Source: Mobula hypostoma
Taxonomy: Eukaryota
Direction of reading: 5' to 3'
Assembly (NCBI RefSeq): GCF_963921235.1
Contig: NC_086097.1
Location: forward strand, 214,646,001-214,710,000
Length of the DNA: 64,000 nt
Shown: in pieces, positions 35,605 through 49,292 of the stretch
How positions within the stretch are numbered: the first letter of the stretch is position 1
Layout: every line of letters begins with the position of its first letter
Notes under the pieces: model-generated
What the model saw: the letters and a program-made list of their open reading frames with translations, nothing else
Databases searched by the model: none
Told to the model about the DNA's origin: nothing
Program-made: the position numbers and the translations under genes

Positions 35605-35890
35605 GGAGTCATACTGCAGAGAAGCAGGCTCTTCAGCCCATCAAGGCTGTGCCGACCATCAAGCACCATTTATGCTGATCTGACACCAAATTCATTTTAT
35701 TCTCCTCAGAGTTCCCACACCCGCCCAGATTCTACTAATCACCTACACGTTATGTGCCTCTGATGCCGCTACAAGGTTTTCGTTGCACATGTGCATGTAT
35801 GTACTTGTGCATTTGACAATAAACTCAACCTTGACTTCTAGGCATAATTCACAGTGGACAAATAACTCACAACCCATACATCCTTAAGGA
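35605..35890 (-). mobile_element. Degenerate CR1-tailed SINE-like remnant with a Rex1-type tail fragment inserted (~35748-35838)
   Basis: CR1-like tail (caggctcttcagcccatc) followed by a body resembling fish/shark SINEs (from recollection); insert ends gacaataaactcaaccttgact. Confidence 0.4.
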
Positions 35891-37664
35891 TGATGAAAAA
35901 AAAGAAACTTTGTCTTGAGCAGATCAAAGTTCTGTGGTCATAGCACAACTGGCCATGACTTGTAGTGAAAAGTTAATGACTAACTAAGAGTACGATACTC
36001 ACAGAACATTTCTGTACACAATCATGCCCTCAGTTTGATTTTAACCTTGAACAAAGTCCACTGCAAAATGTTAAAACTTGTGTATGTACTGTCTATGTTA
36101 TATGAGGAGCTCAAAGCGTTTAGTCAAAGGCTCGTCACACATCATTTCTCTGGAGTTTGTTTTTACATCACAGAGTGCATTTTGTCACACAAAACACTTA
36201 ACAGAACGATGACCTTAAAATTATAATCATCATGCACAATTAAAATAACATGCACTACACTACTTTCCTATCAAATAAATGAAAAAATTATTTAGTATGT
36301 ACATAAACATTTTACGAATTTACTGAATCATCAAATTCTTTGTAAGTTTCAAAGAGCGGTGATGCTACTTCTGTCAGAATTATAAATTCTCCAGATGTTA
36401 TTGGTGTATCAATCACCTCTGGACATAAGGATGTTGTCCTGGCTCCTCATTAGAAATGTCATATGTGGACTCTCCTTGGCTAGCAGCTGCCTTCATCGTA
36501 GATGCTTCTTTAGTCTTGCACCTTTCCTTGCTATTTTTGCTGGTATTGTTTGCTAGGATTAAGTACAGTAGTCAATATAGATGTTTATTGTAACTTCTCA
36601 CCAGTTTTCGTGAAATAACGTGTAGCACTATATGTGCCTCCTTTTTCCCCAGATCACATCATCTCATTTCTGCCCTACAGTGATGTCTCAGTATATGGCT
36701 TACTGCCTCAAATCATAAATCTATTGTCCGACAGCCAGCCTATAACACCAGGCTTGTTTGGAATAAAGACAGAATCAGGAACTTGCAAAAAATCTATGCA
36801 TCATGAATGTCTTGCGACTACCCACGACTTCATTTGCTCTTTTGAGTACGTCTAACAATAGCAGCTAAATCTGGTTAATGATGTGAAACTAAAATACAGA
36901 GACCAAATGCTGCTGTGATCATTCTAAAACTAATGTTTACAGAATGAGCTTATGAGTACATGCGTATAATGTGGATGTTTTGAGGGCCTTCAAATTTTGA
37001 GAGTAAGTATGAGCAGAACACAGTCCTCTCAAGTCAGTTTTTGAATCTGCTTAAAAAAAATTACTTTTTACAAAACTATCAAAGTTCATTGAATATGAAA
37101 TGAGGAATTTAAACTGCAGTGCAAACTGATTAATCTTGTTCTCAATTATATTGTACGCTTACAGCAAGTTGCTTTTTTCTTGTACTTTGAACACTGATTT
37201 AACTTCATTGTGTTATTAGGCATCCTCTGTGAAGATCCCCATGGATTTGCCTTGTGGATAAATAAATATCCCTTTTCATGTATTTTAGAATCATCAGGGA
37301 AGTTCTGGGCTCATTTGGCATTAGCTAAATTATCTCATTTCAGCAGTTGAGTAAACTGAAAGGCAGATGAAAACAGCTGAGATCTGGAATTAAAACCAGG
37401 AGTGGCACAGGAACCTGTTCTTCAGTTATTAAAATTCATGGAATAATTTTGCCATCATTTCCAGACTGAAAGAGACACTGACTGATATTTACTGATTTGC
37501 GGTGGGAGAAAGAATCAGCAATTCCATTGCTTACGTTAAGCTTCCATCTCCAGTGGGTGTGACTCCTTACTGGAATGTTGAATTCAGAATATTCCCCTTG
37601 CTCTCCTTATGAACTACAATTTAAGTGGTATCTGGATGCAACTTATTGATGCAGCTATAAAGAA

Positions 37665-38354
37665 GCGTTCTGACTGGCTGCGTCACTGTCTGGTATGGGG
37701 GGGGGGTGCGACTGCACGAGATCGAAGTAAATTGCAGAAACTTGTAAGATTAGTCAGTTCCATCATGGGAATCAGCCTCCATAGTATCCAATACATCCTC
37801 AAGGAACAGTGCCTTAGGAAGGCAGTGTCCATTACTAAGGACCCCCACCACCAGGACATGCCTCCTTCTTATTGGTATCATCCGGAAGGAGGTATAGAAG
37901 CCTGAAGGCACACACTAAGTGATTCAGGAACAGCTTCTCCTCCTCTACCATCTGATTTCTAAATGGGCATTGAACCCATGAACATTAGCCCCCTACATTT
38001 TTATTTGTGCTACTTATTTTAACTTAACTACTTAAAAGACATATATATATATATATACTTAATGAAATTTTTTTTCTCTATATTTATTTATCATGTATTT
38101 CATTGTACTGCTGCTGTAAAGTTAACAAATTTCACAACACATGCCGGTGACATTAAACCCAATTCTTTTTTTTAATATACAGTATTTGTTTTTGCATGTT
38201 CTTTTTATCTATTCATATATGTATACTGTAATTTATTTGTTATTATTTTTATTTTATTTTTTCTCTTCTATATTATGAAATGCATTGAACTGCTGCTGCT
38301 AAATTGACAAATCTCACGTCATATGCCGGTGATAATAAACCTGATTCTGATTCT
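37665..38354 (+). mobile_element. Rex1/Babar 3' fragment with two tandem 3' tails
   Basis: CL.KA.SI.KDPHH, PSGRRYRSL..H remnants; tails at ~38092-38166 and ~38276-38354 (gataataaacctgattctgattct). Confidence 0.8.
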
Positions 38355-38429
38355 TATCTTTACCAATTTGTCAAGCACATGCTATTGGAAATGTATTTAG
38401 CAATTGTAAGTAGCTGTTGATTCTTCCTG

Positions 38430-38826
38430 GCTGCTTCCCAGTACTGTCATTGGGCAGGAGGTACGGATGCCTTAGGTCCCACACGACCAGGTTCAGGAGC
38501 AGTAATTGCCCTACAACCATCAGGCTTCTAAACCAGCATGGATAACTTCGCTCACCTCAACTCTGAACTGATTCCGCAACCTACAGACTCACCTTCAATG
38601 ATTCTGCATCTCATGTTCTCAGTGGTATTGATTTATTTTTTATTTGCACAGTTGATTTTTTAATTTGTGCATTGGCTGTTTGTTAATCTTTGTTTACGTA
38701 TACAGTAGTTATCTTTAATTATATTGTATTTCTTTATTTTCCTGTAAATGCCTGCAAGAAAATTAATCTCAGGTTACTATATGGTAGCATATATGTACTA
38801 TAGTCATCAATTTAGTTTGACTTTGA
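38430..38826 (+). mobile_element. Rex1/Babar 3' fragment
   Basis: Homologous to 12480-12870 (accaggttcagga...ccatcaggct; tail tttagtttgactttga). Confidence 0.7.
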
Positions 38827-39911
38827 GGTTTAGATTTTAGTGGCCCTGAAAAATTGACTCCAGTCTCTGAGTACCTTGTGTGCAAGAGAACTGTGCAAGT
38901 GACACGGTTAATAATTGATGACTTCAGATTAGCCACCTCTCTTGAGTGACTAGTTCTTCCAATCAAGTTCTTCTGAAGCTGATCTGCAGTCACATGGCAG
39001 CTCTGAAGGGAAATGGAGCTGGGGAAAGAATCCTCTTCTTTGATCCTGACACTAATGATTAGATCCAGCAAATTTGCATGATGCAGCCCATTGTGAGCAA
39101 AGATTTGTCTTAATGTTGGCAAATGGCAGAAACTGGTGAGTTTGTCAAAAGATAATAAATTGCAGAGGGGAATTGCAGCTTTACCCTATTATAGTGTAGT
39201 GATGCATGTGGTGCTGAGCCTCCTTATAGCCTGCAGGCTTATATGACGGCTGGCTGGAGATGTGGTTAATGGGCTGATTCATTCCTTCCACTTTCCCCTG
39301 AAGTTGAATGTTCTAATATTAATATGTAGCTTTCTCAATAGCTATCTTGATATTTCCCCTTATTTATACCCCCAAGTAATGTATTCCACCAACTATTAAC
39401 GATGGACCTTGTCCCTTGATTCATCATTTAGATAGCCCCATTCTAAATTTGAGCTGTATCACCTGACATTTTCCCTGATAATTGCACATAATGAATGTCT
39501 GATATGTCCAAGAGCAGTAATACCATTCATTGACTGAGGTTATGAAAACTGGAGGTTTAAGAGGTGTTGTGAGGAAGTTTTAATGCACTGCAGATAACAT
39601 ACTACAGCTACAATTAGTCTTCACTTCAGCTTAATATTATTTGCATACACATTCTGCAATTGCACTTCTGAGATCTACATCAAATTAAGCTTCAAATATT
39701 TTTCTCTGCTTTATTGAAAACTCTGACTAAAATACAAATTCCCCACTGTTAGCATTTTCATGATGTGTTGTTACAAGTCCAAGCTTTATTACAGAAGTGA
39801 CGACTTTCTGAAGTGCTTACAGGGTAAGTACATCAGTAATAAAGGTTGCCAATTAGGTGTTAACATTAACTCAATGAATGCACTCTAATATCATACTACC
39901 TCAAGCACATC

Positions 39912-40550
39912 CAAGAACACAAGCAAAGGAGAGCATGAGTTCAGCCTCCAGCCTTTCAGACCTTTCGGCCATTCAGTGTGGTCAGGGCTGACCTATGCTG
40001 ACCTCAGGGTCAACCATAATCACAGAAAAAGAGAGGGCTTTTCTGTGCCAATTTCCACCAATCTTCAAATCCTTGATCATTTGTATATTTATCTGTCTCC
40101 ACTTTAAATATATCTGAAGATCTGGCCTCTGCAACGCTCAGGGCAAAGAGTTCCAAAGGTTTTCAACCCTCTGCAAGAGAAAATTTCTATGCACATCAGT
40201 TTTAAATGGCAATACTATTATCTTCTAGACATGTTCACTTGTTGACGATAATTGGGCAGAGATTTCTTCAAACAAGCTGAATTGACATCCCCGACAATGA
40301 GTTGAAAGAGGGCAGGGTAGGCTGTTTCTTGTTTGTTAATCGTGGCACTATAAATTCTCTGAAGAAAGTAGTTCCTTCTTATCTCTGTACTAAATCTATT
40401 CCCCCAAATTTTGAGGCACGTCCCCTAGTTCTACTCTCACTTACCAGTGGAAACAATTTTCCTGCCTCTATTGTATCTATCCCTCTCATAACTTCACATG
40501 CTTGTGTAAGATTCACTCTCATTCTTCTGAATTCCAGTGAGTATATTTCA
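39912..40550 (-). mobile_element. Old CR1 3' remnants
   Basis: Degenerate CR1 3' UTR/ORF2 end (ccactttaaatatatc, cctctgcaagagaaaatttct, ctcattcttctgaattccagtgagta). Confidence 0.5.
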
Positions 40551-40639
40551 AGATGCAATATCTCTGTAAGCGTAAGTGCTACACCTGTCCCTGCACCTCC
40601 TCTCTTGCCACCATTCAGGGCCCCAAATAGTCCTTATAG

Positions 40640-40966
40640 GTGAGGCAACACTTCACTTGTGAGTCTGTTGGGGTCATCTATTGCATCCGGTGCTCCCGGT
40701 GCGGCCTCCTCTACATCGGTGAAACCCGACGCAGATTGGGGGACCGCTTCGTCGAGCACCTCCGCTCCGTCAGCCGCAACAGACAGGATCTCCCGGTAGC
40801 CACCCACTTCAACTCTGCTTCCCATTCCCATTCAGATATGTCCATACATGGCCTTCTCTACTGCCATGATGAGGCTAAACTCATGTTGGAGGAGCAACAC
40901 CTCATATACCGTCTGGGTAGTCTCCAGCTCCTTGGTATGAACATAGAATTCTCCAACTTCTGGTAA
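40640..40966 (+). CDS. Penelope GIY-YIG endonuclease domain (fragment of a 5'-truncated ORF)
   Basis: GVIYCIRCSRCGLLYIGETRRRLGDRFVEH...VATHFN...H...EQHLI..L....GMN. Confidence 0.88.
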   Translation: MRQHFTCESVGVIYCIRCSRCGLLYIGETRRRLGDRFVEHLRSVSRNRQDLPVATHFNSASHSHSDMSIHGLLYCHDEAKLMLEEQHLIYRLGSLQLLGMNIEFSNFW

Positions 40967-41203
40967 TTCCCCCCCCTCCCTTCCTCTATCCCTATTTCAC
41001 TCTGCCCCCTCCCCCAGCTGCCTATCACCTCCCTCATGGTTCCGCCTCCTTCTACTACCCATTTTTTTCCAGCCTATCACCTCCCTGCTTCCCCTCCCCC
41101 ACCCCTTTGTCTTTCAAATTACTGGTTTTTCAACCGAACCTACCAGCCTTCTCCTTCCAGCCCTCCCCCATCTTCTTTATAGGGCCTCTGCCCCTTCCCT
41201 CTT

Positions 41204-41240
41204 CAGACCTGACGAAGGGTTCTGGCCCGAAACGTCGACT
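41204..41240 (+). ncRNA. Minimal type I hammerhead ribozyme motif of Penelope
   Basis: CTGACGA (41209-41215), stem II GGGT/GCCC, GAAAC-GTC (41229-41236); stem I imperfect in this copy. Confidence 0.7.
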
Positions 41241-41299
41241 CATCGTTTCCACAGATGCTACCCGACCTGCTGAGTTCCTCCAGCATGTTGTGAGATTAC

Positions 41300-42960
41300 A
41301 ATAGCATTTTTGTAGTTTCACTAACATGCTGTTCAAGAAAGCTATCATGGTTGCATTCTATGAAGTCATCCTCAAAATTGACTTGTCCAATTGATGTGCA
41401 AGTTGAAGTACTCCATGAAAATTGCCTGCCCCTCAGATCTTTCATTGTCTCTCACTATCACCCTGATCTCAACCTTAATTAAGAGCACTATCAGACCTCC
41501 TTTACCTTCCTGCCTATTCTTCCCTATTATCTGATACCCTTGGATACTTAATTCCCAATCATTTTCACCCTGCATTCACATTTCTGTAATGGCCACTGAG
41601 TCTTACCACTTTGTACTGATTGGTACCACAGGTTCTATGACCTCTTTCAAATACTATGGTCACTCAGATAATTACCCTTGCACTCATGGTCTTTTCAAAT
41701 CTATTAATCTTTGTGTCCTTTGCTTTTGACTTTCCTGTACTCCACTCTGACATTTCTCTTCTCTTTTCTTTGCTCTGGTCTCTGCAATGCTTCCCTCTGT
41801 CTTTCTGTCTGGATTCCCATCCCCCTGCCAGATTAGTTTAAACCCTCCCAACAGCACTACCAAATAATCCCCCGAAGACATTAATCTCAGTCCTGCCCAA
41901 GTGTTAGCATCTTACATGTTTGAATAAGGTTGCACTGCATGCTTCTAAACTCCAAGGAATACAGACTCTCCAGTCGCTTTTGAATTTACAACCCATACAA
42001 CCCTTTAACCTTGTGAATCTCCTGTGGACTGCCTATAATTCTACTATATCCTTTACTTTTGGTAAGGCAACCAAAATTGTGCACAGTATTTCAGGTGTAG
42101 CTTCATCAATGCCCTGTGCAACTGTAACAAGACCTTCCTATACTTGTATCCCAACCCTTTGCAATAAAAGCCAAAATGCTGTTTGCTCTCTAATGACCAA
42201 TTGAACCTATATGCTCTTTCTGATTCATACACTACGACACTTAGATTCATCTTGGCTTCACTCATTTGTAGTCTCTCTCCATTCAGATAATAATACACCT
42301 TTTGATTACTCTTACTATGTATCGATTCTTTGCACAATCTTTCCCTCTCATATATATATATATATATCCCATTACTGAATCCCCCTGTCTACATCACAGT
42401 ATGCCCTTCCACCTATGTTTTCTATTGTTGAAAAGGATTAATATTTCAACTCTGTTATCTTTGTGACAGCTAGTTTTCAATCTGTGTCAGCATCCTTCCT
42501 CCTGTTCATTGGTTCTTAATTTGATCACAGACCTCCATGTGACACCTTATCAAATTCCTTTTGAATATAAAAATACACTATATCCTACAAGTTCTCTTCT
42601 ATTATCTGACCCTTCACAACCTCAAATAACTCAATCAAATTTGTTGAACATAATTTACCTTTTGCAAAACCAAGCTGACCAGATTTGGTTATATTCAGAT
42701 TTTCTAAATGATTAGATATTTTATCTTCAATTATTACTAACAATAGTTGTTAAACTAACTAGCCTGCAGTTGAACAAGAGAATCACACTGGCTGTTTTCT
42801 AATTTTCTGATACCTTCCCAGAATTTAGTGAGTTTTGAAAGTCATGGGTTCCCTATCTCTGCAGCCACTTCCTTTAAACCCTAAGGTGCAGGCTGTCAGG
42901 TCTCAGCTATTGGTTCACTTTTAGCCCTGAGAACTTCTCTAATACTTTATCCCTTTCAAT
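41300..42960 (-). mobile_element. Old degenerate CR1 fragments (ORF1/ORF2 junction at 41300-41890; RT/thumb remnants at 41940-42960)
   Basis: ORF 41684-41881 (GFKLIWQGDGN), 41372-41575, 42053-42337 (HLKYCAQFW.PY). Confidence 0.7.
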
Positions 42961-43599
42961 TGGGATTTTCACAAATTCCTCCATGAAATTTGAAATTAGT
43001 CCATTCTTTATCAGGGATATGTTAAATAGCTATCAAATCTTCACTAATTTCACACTCTGTAGCAATCAGCTAGTTAGATAATTTTTAAAATTTCAAAACT
43101 TTCAAGTGGTGCCCAATAGCATCCTTAAAATAGATTAATTTTGAGAAGATCTTGAGAGCTTGCAAATGGATACAATTATCAGATTAATTTGATGTGGGAG
43201 TTCTGCCAGTTCTGTGAATGGGTGATAAACCTGTGGAAATTTGATTGGTGCAGCACGTGATTTATTCTTAAAGTATTTTAGCTTTTTAATGCAGTTCTGA
43301 CTGGTTGTGGGTGAACATCTCTCTAACATTGGAAAACTCTTCATCTTACTTCCCCATCAGAATTACACTGAGGTGGTAAGTTTTGCAGCCTTTTGTTTCC
43401 TTTCAGAGCTAAGGAACTTATAACTTAAAATACCTTGATTCAACATAACCAAACATTGGATGTGCTGTCTCTGTGTGTGTGGAATATTTAAAGACCTGTG
43501 CATTACAATTTTAAGTCAGTGTACATTTCTTGTCTTCACTTCTTTACCTTTCTGTTATTCTGCTTTCATTAAATATCTTCTGTCAACCTTTTCCATTCT

Positions 43600-44050
43600 A
43601 GATAGTTAGTCTTTTAGCCAGAGTGGAAGTGTCAAACTCCAGAGGGCATAGGTTTAAGGCGAGGGGGTAATCTTGACAGGAGAGTTGCAAGAAAGTTATC
43701 TTCTACATAGACAGTTCGGTGAGACTAGAACTAGAAGTCAAGGGTTAAAGGTGAAAGGTGAAATATTTAACAGGAACATGAGGGGGAGCTTCACTTAAAG
43801 AGTAGTGAGATTGTGGAATGAGCAGAAGTGATAGGTGCAGGTTCGACTTCAACATTTATGAGAAGTTTGGACAAGTACGTGGCTGGCAGAGGTATGGAAG
43901 GCTATGGACCAGGTGCAGGTTGATGGGAGTAGACAGATTAATAGTTTAGCATAGCCTAAATGGGCTGAAGGGCCTGTTTCAATGATGTAGTGTTCTATGA
44001 TTCTAATGGACAGGGAATAGAGGGATATGTGGGTAAATATGATGTTAGAT
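43600..44050 (+). mobile_element. CR1 3' end fragments
   Basis: actagaactagaagtcaagggttaaaggtgaaagg ... gggctgaagggcctgtttc...gttctatgattcta tail. Confidence 0.7.
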
Positions 44051-44099
44051 TAGCAGATATCCTAGCAAACTAGCAGATATATTAGCAGATTTCCTTTAG

Positions 44100-47000
44100 A
44101 AACTTGGCTAAAGGATGGCTGCCATTGGGAGCTGAACGTCCAAGGATATACGGTGTATCAGAAAGATAGGTTAGTAGGCAGAGGGGGTGGTGTGGCCCTG
44201 TGAATAAGAAATAATATTAAATCATTAGAAAGGGATGACTTAGGATCAGAAGGTGTAGAGTCTCTATGAGTTGAGTTAAGAAATGGCAAGGGTAAAAGGA
44301 CCTTAATGGCAGTTGTATACAGTCCTCTGAACAGCAGCCGGGTTGTGGATTACAGATTACAACAGGAGACAGGAAAAGCATGACGGAATGGCAATGTCCT
44401 GGTAATTGTTGGCGATTTTAATATGAAAGTGGATTGGGAAAACCAGGTCAGTACTGGACCTCAAGAAACAGAATTTGTAGAATGTCTAAGGGATGGCCTT
44501 TTAGAACAACTTGTTGTTGAGCTGACTAACCTAATGCAATTTTTTGAGAAAATTACCAGTAGGATAGACAAAGGAGATGCAGTAGATGTGCTGTACTTGG
44601 ATTTTCAGAAGGCCTTTGACAAGGTGCTGCACATGAGGCTGTTAGCAAGATGAGATGCCATGGAATTACAGGGGAGTTACTAGCATGGTGGAGCATTAGC
44701 TGATCAGCAGAAAACAGAGAGTGGGAATAAAGGGATCCTATTCTGGCTCGCTGCCGGTTGGTGTTGGGACCGTTGCTTTTTATGATGTATGTCAATGATT
44801 TGGACTATGGTATTAATGGATTTGTGGCTAAATTTGCTGATGATACAAAGATAGGTTGGAGGAGCGGGTAGTGTTGAGGAAACAGAGAACCTGCACAGAG
44901 ACGTAGATAGTTTAGGGGAATGGGCAAAGAAGTGGCAAATGAAATACAATGTTGGAAAGTGTATGGTCATGCACTTTTCTGGAAGAATTAAATGGGCAGA
45001 CTATCATTTAGATGGGGAGAGAATTAAAAATGCAGAGATGCAAAGGGACTTGGGAGTCCTTGTGCAGAATACCCTAAAGGTTATCCTCCAGTTTGAGTCG
45101 GTGGTGAAGAAGGCGAATGCAACGTTGGCATTCATATAACCATATAACAATTACAGCACGGAAACAGGCCATCTCGGCCCTTCTAGTCATGCCGAACTCC
45201 TACTCTCACCTAGTCCCACCGACCTGCACTCAGCCCATAACTCTCCATTCTTTTCCTGTCCATATATCTATCCAATTTAACTTCAAACGACAACATCGAA
45301 TCTGCCTCAACCACTTCTGCTGGAAGCTCATTCCACACAGCTATCACTCTCTGAGTAAAGAAGTTCCCCTTCATGTTACCCCTAAACTTTTGCCCTTTAA
45401 CTCTCAACTCGTCCTCTTGTTTGAATCTCCCACTCTCAAAGGAAAGAGCCTATCCACGTCAACTCTATCAATCCCCCTCATAATTTTAAATGCCTCTATC
45501 AAGTCCCCCCTCAACCTTCTACGCTTCAAAGAATAAAGACACAACTTGTTCAACCTTTCTCTGTAACTTAGGAGATGAAATTCAACATTACATCCCAACT
45601 CCTATACTCAATGCTCTGATTTATAAAGGCCAGCATACCAAAAGCTTTCTTCACCACCCTATCCACATGAGATTCCACCTTCAGGAAACTATGCACCATT
45701 ATTCCTACATCCCTCTGTTCTACTGCATTCTTCAATGCCCTACCACTTACCATGTATGTCCTATTTTGATTAGTCCTACCAAAATGTAGCACCTCACATT
45801 TATCAGCATTAAACTCCATCTGCCATCTTTCCGCCCACTCTTCTTACTGGCCTAAATCTCTCTGCAAGCTTTGAAAACCTACTTCATTATCCACAACTCC
45901 ACCTATCTTAGTATTATCTGCATACTTACTCATCCAATTTACCACCCCATCATCCAGATTATTAACGTATATGACAAACAACACTGGACCCAGTACAGAT
46001 CCCTGAGGCACACCACTAATCACCGGCCTCCAATCTGACAAACAGTTATCCACCACTACTCTCTGGCGTCTCCCATCCAGCCACTGCTGAATCCATTTTA
46101 CTACTTCAATATTAACGATTGAATCTTCCTAACTAACCTTCCGTGTGGAACCTTGTCAAAGGCCTTACTGAAGTCCATATAGACAACATCCACCGCTTTA
46201 CCCTCGTCAACATTCCTATAAGCTCTTCAAAAAATTCAATAAGATTTGACAAACATGACCTTGCACGCACAAATCCATATTGACTGTTCCTAATCAGACC
46301 CTGTCTATCCAGATAATTATATATACCATCTCTAAGAATACTTTCCATCATTTTACCCACCACTGATGTCAAACTCACAGGCCAATAATTGCTAGGTTTA
46401 CTCTTAGAACCCTTTTTAAACAATGGAACAACATGAGCAATACGCCATTCCTCCGGAACCATCCCCGTTTCTAATGACATTTGAAATATTTCTGTCAGAA
46501 CCCCTGCTATTTCCACACTAACTTCCCTCAAGGTCCTAGGGAATATCCTGTCAGGACCCGGAGACTTATCCGCTTTTATATTCTTAAAAGCGCCAGTACT
46601 TCCTCTTCTTTCATCATCATAGTTTCCAGAACTACCCTACTTGTTTCCCTGACCTTACACAATTCAATATCTTTCTCCTCAGTGAATACCGAAGAAAAGA
46701 AATTGTTCAAAATCTCCCCCATCTCATTTGGCTCCGCACATAGCCGTCCACTCTGATTTTCTAAGGGACCAGTTTTATCCCTCACTATCCTTTTGCTATT
46801 AATATAACTGTAGAAACCCTTTGGATTTATTTTCACCTTATTAGCTAAAGCAACCTCATATCTTTTAGCTTTTCTAATTTTTTTTCTTAAGATTCTTTTT
46901 TAATTATTTATATTCCTCGAGCACTTCATTTACTCCAAGCTGCCTATATTTATTGTAGATCTCTCTCTTTTTCCGAACCAAGTTTCCAATATCCCTTGAA

Positions 47001-49292
47001 AACCATGGTACACTCAAACTTTTAACCTTTCCTTTCAACCTAACAGGAATATTAAAATTCTGTACCCTCAAAATTTCATCTTTAAATGACCTCCATTTCT
47101 CTATTACATCCTTCCCATAAAACAAATTGTCCCAATGCACTCCTTCTAAATCCTTTCGCATCTCCTCAAAGTTAGCCTTTCTCCAATCAAAAATCTCAAC
47201 CCTGGGTCCAGCCCTATCCTTCTCCATAATTATATTGAAACTAATGGCATTGTGATCACTGGACCAGAAGTGCTCCCCAACACATACCTCCGTCACCTGA
47301 CCTATCTCATTCCCTAATAGAAGATCCAACACTGCCCCTTCTCTAGTTGGTTCCTCTATGTATTGCTGCAAAAAACTATCCTGCTCACATTTCACAAACT
47401 CCAAACCATCCAGCCCTTTTACAGAATGGGTTTCCCAGTCTATGTGTGGGAAAATTAAAATCTCCAACAATCACAACCTTGTGCTTACTGCAAATATCTG
47501 CTATCTCCTTACAAATTTGCTCCTCCAATTCTCGCTCCCCATTAGATGGTCTATAATACACCCCTATAAGTGTTACTACACCTTTCTCATTCCTCAATTC
47601 CACCCAAATAGCCTCCCTGGACAAGTCCTCTAATCTATCCTGCCAGAGGACCGCTGTAATATTTTCTCTGACAAGCAATGCAACACCTCCCCCTCTTGCC
47701 CCTCCGATTCTATCATACCTGAAGCAACGAAACCCAGGAATATTTAGTTACCAATCACACCCCTCCTGCAACCATGTTTCACTAATAGCTACAACATCAT
47801 ATTTCCAGGTATCAATCCATGCTGTAAGCTCATCCACCTTTCTTACAATGCTCCTAGCATTAAAATAGATGCATTTAAGAAACTCTCCACCTCTTACTCT
47901 CCGTTTATCCCTAATGGTGCAAACCACTTTGTTATTTTTTTTTTCTTCCTTCTCCCCTACGTCTTCGGTCTGAGTGCTCCCGTTCTCTGTCCCCTGCCTA
48001 TCCTCTCTCACAGACTGCCTACTAGCTTTCTAGCTTTCTTTATTTGTGAACTAGCCTCCTCTCTCCTAGTCTCTTCAATTTGATTCCCACCCCCAACCAT
48101 TCTAGTTTAAAGTCTCCACAGTAGCCTTCGCTAATCTCCCCGCCAGGATATTGGTCCCCCTAGGATTCAAGTGCAACCTGTCCTTTTTGTACAGGTCACA
48201 CCTGCGCCAAAAGAGGTCCCAATGATCCAGAAACTTGAATCCCTGCCCCCTGCTCCAATCCCTCAGCCACGCATTTATCCTCCACCTCATTCCATTCCTA
48301 CTCTCACTGTCGCATAGCACAGGCAGTAATCCTGAGATTACTACCTTTGTCATCCTTTTTTTTTCAACTCCCTTCCTAACTCCCTATATTCTTCTTTCAG
48401 GATCTCTTCCCTTTTCCTACCTATGTCATTGGTACCTATAGGTACCACGACCTCTGGCTCCTCACCCTCCCACTTCAGGATATCTTGGACGTGATCAGAA
48501 ACATTCCGGACCCTGGCACCAGGGAGGCAAACTGCCATCTGGGTCTCCTGACTGTGTCCACAGAATCGCCTATCTGACCCCCTAACTATTGAGTCCCCCA
48601 TTACTACTGCCCTCCTCTTCCTTTCCCTACCCATCTGAGCTACAGGGCCAGACTCTTATATTGTATATGTCATTTCTAGACGTATAGAACATAAGAGCAG
48701 GGATGTGATGTTGAGGCTCTATAAGGCACTCGTGAGACCACACTTGGAGTATTGTGTGCAATTTTGGGCTCCTTATTTTAGAAAGGATATACTGACATTG
48801 TCTGGGGTTCAGAGATGATTCACGAGAATGATTCCAGGAATGAAATGGTTACCATATGAGGAACGTCTGGCAACTCTTGGGCAGTATTCCCTGGAGTTCA
48901 GGAGAATGAGGGGGGATCTCATGGAAACATTCAGAATGTTAAAAGGCTTGAACAGATTAGATATGACCAAGTTATTTCCCATGGTAGGGGAGTCCAGGAC
49001 AAGAGGACAACTTCAGGATTGAAGGAAGTCCATATAGAACAAAGATGCGGAGAAATTAGTCAGAGAGTGGTAAATTTGTGGAATTTGTTGCCACGAGCAG
49101 CTGTGGAGGCCAAGTCATTGTGTGCATTTAAGGCAGAGATAGATAGTTTTTTGATTAGCTAGGGCATCAAATGGTATGGGGAGAAGGCAGGGGAGTGGGA
49201 ATGACTGGAAGAATTGGATCAGCCAACTAAATGCGGAGCAAACTCGATGGGCTGAATGGTCTACTTATGCTCCTGTAACTTATGGTCTTATA
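44100..49292 (+). mobile_element. Internally deleted CR1 (same subfamily as 15888-19716), split by a minus-strand CR1
   Basis: 44140-45135 and 48670-49292 align with 16470-19710; internal deletion at ~44522 joins the endonuclease region to the RT region. Confidence 0.88.
45136..48655 (-). mobile_element. CR1 LINE (ORF1 esterase through ORF2 to 3' tail), degenerate
   Basis: ORFs 48350-48634 (MGDS, GTND), 48102-48353, 47748-48011 (FNARS, ISETW), 46904-47470 (SDH), 46133-46531, 45844-46056 (YADN); 4-bp flanking repeat TCAT (45132-45135, 48670-48673). Confidence 0.93.

Larger units (their letters stand above)
40580..41292 (+). mobile_element. Penelope-like element 3' part (GIY-YIG endonuclease plus terminal repeat region)
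   Basis: ORF 40640-40966, pyrimidine-rich spacer, then hammerhead-type terminus and ctgctgagttcctccagca. Confidence 0.9.

Noticed and set aside
38769..39122. 117-aa minus ORF in otherwise unique sequence (also 23566-23834, 13142-13426, 55214-55565)
   Set aside because: No recognisable domains or consistent splice structure; one partly overlaps a Rex1 tail. These could be conserved non-coding DNA, but that cannot be shown from sequence alone.
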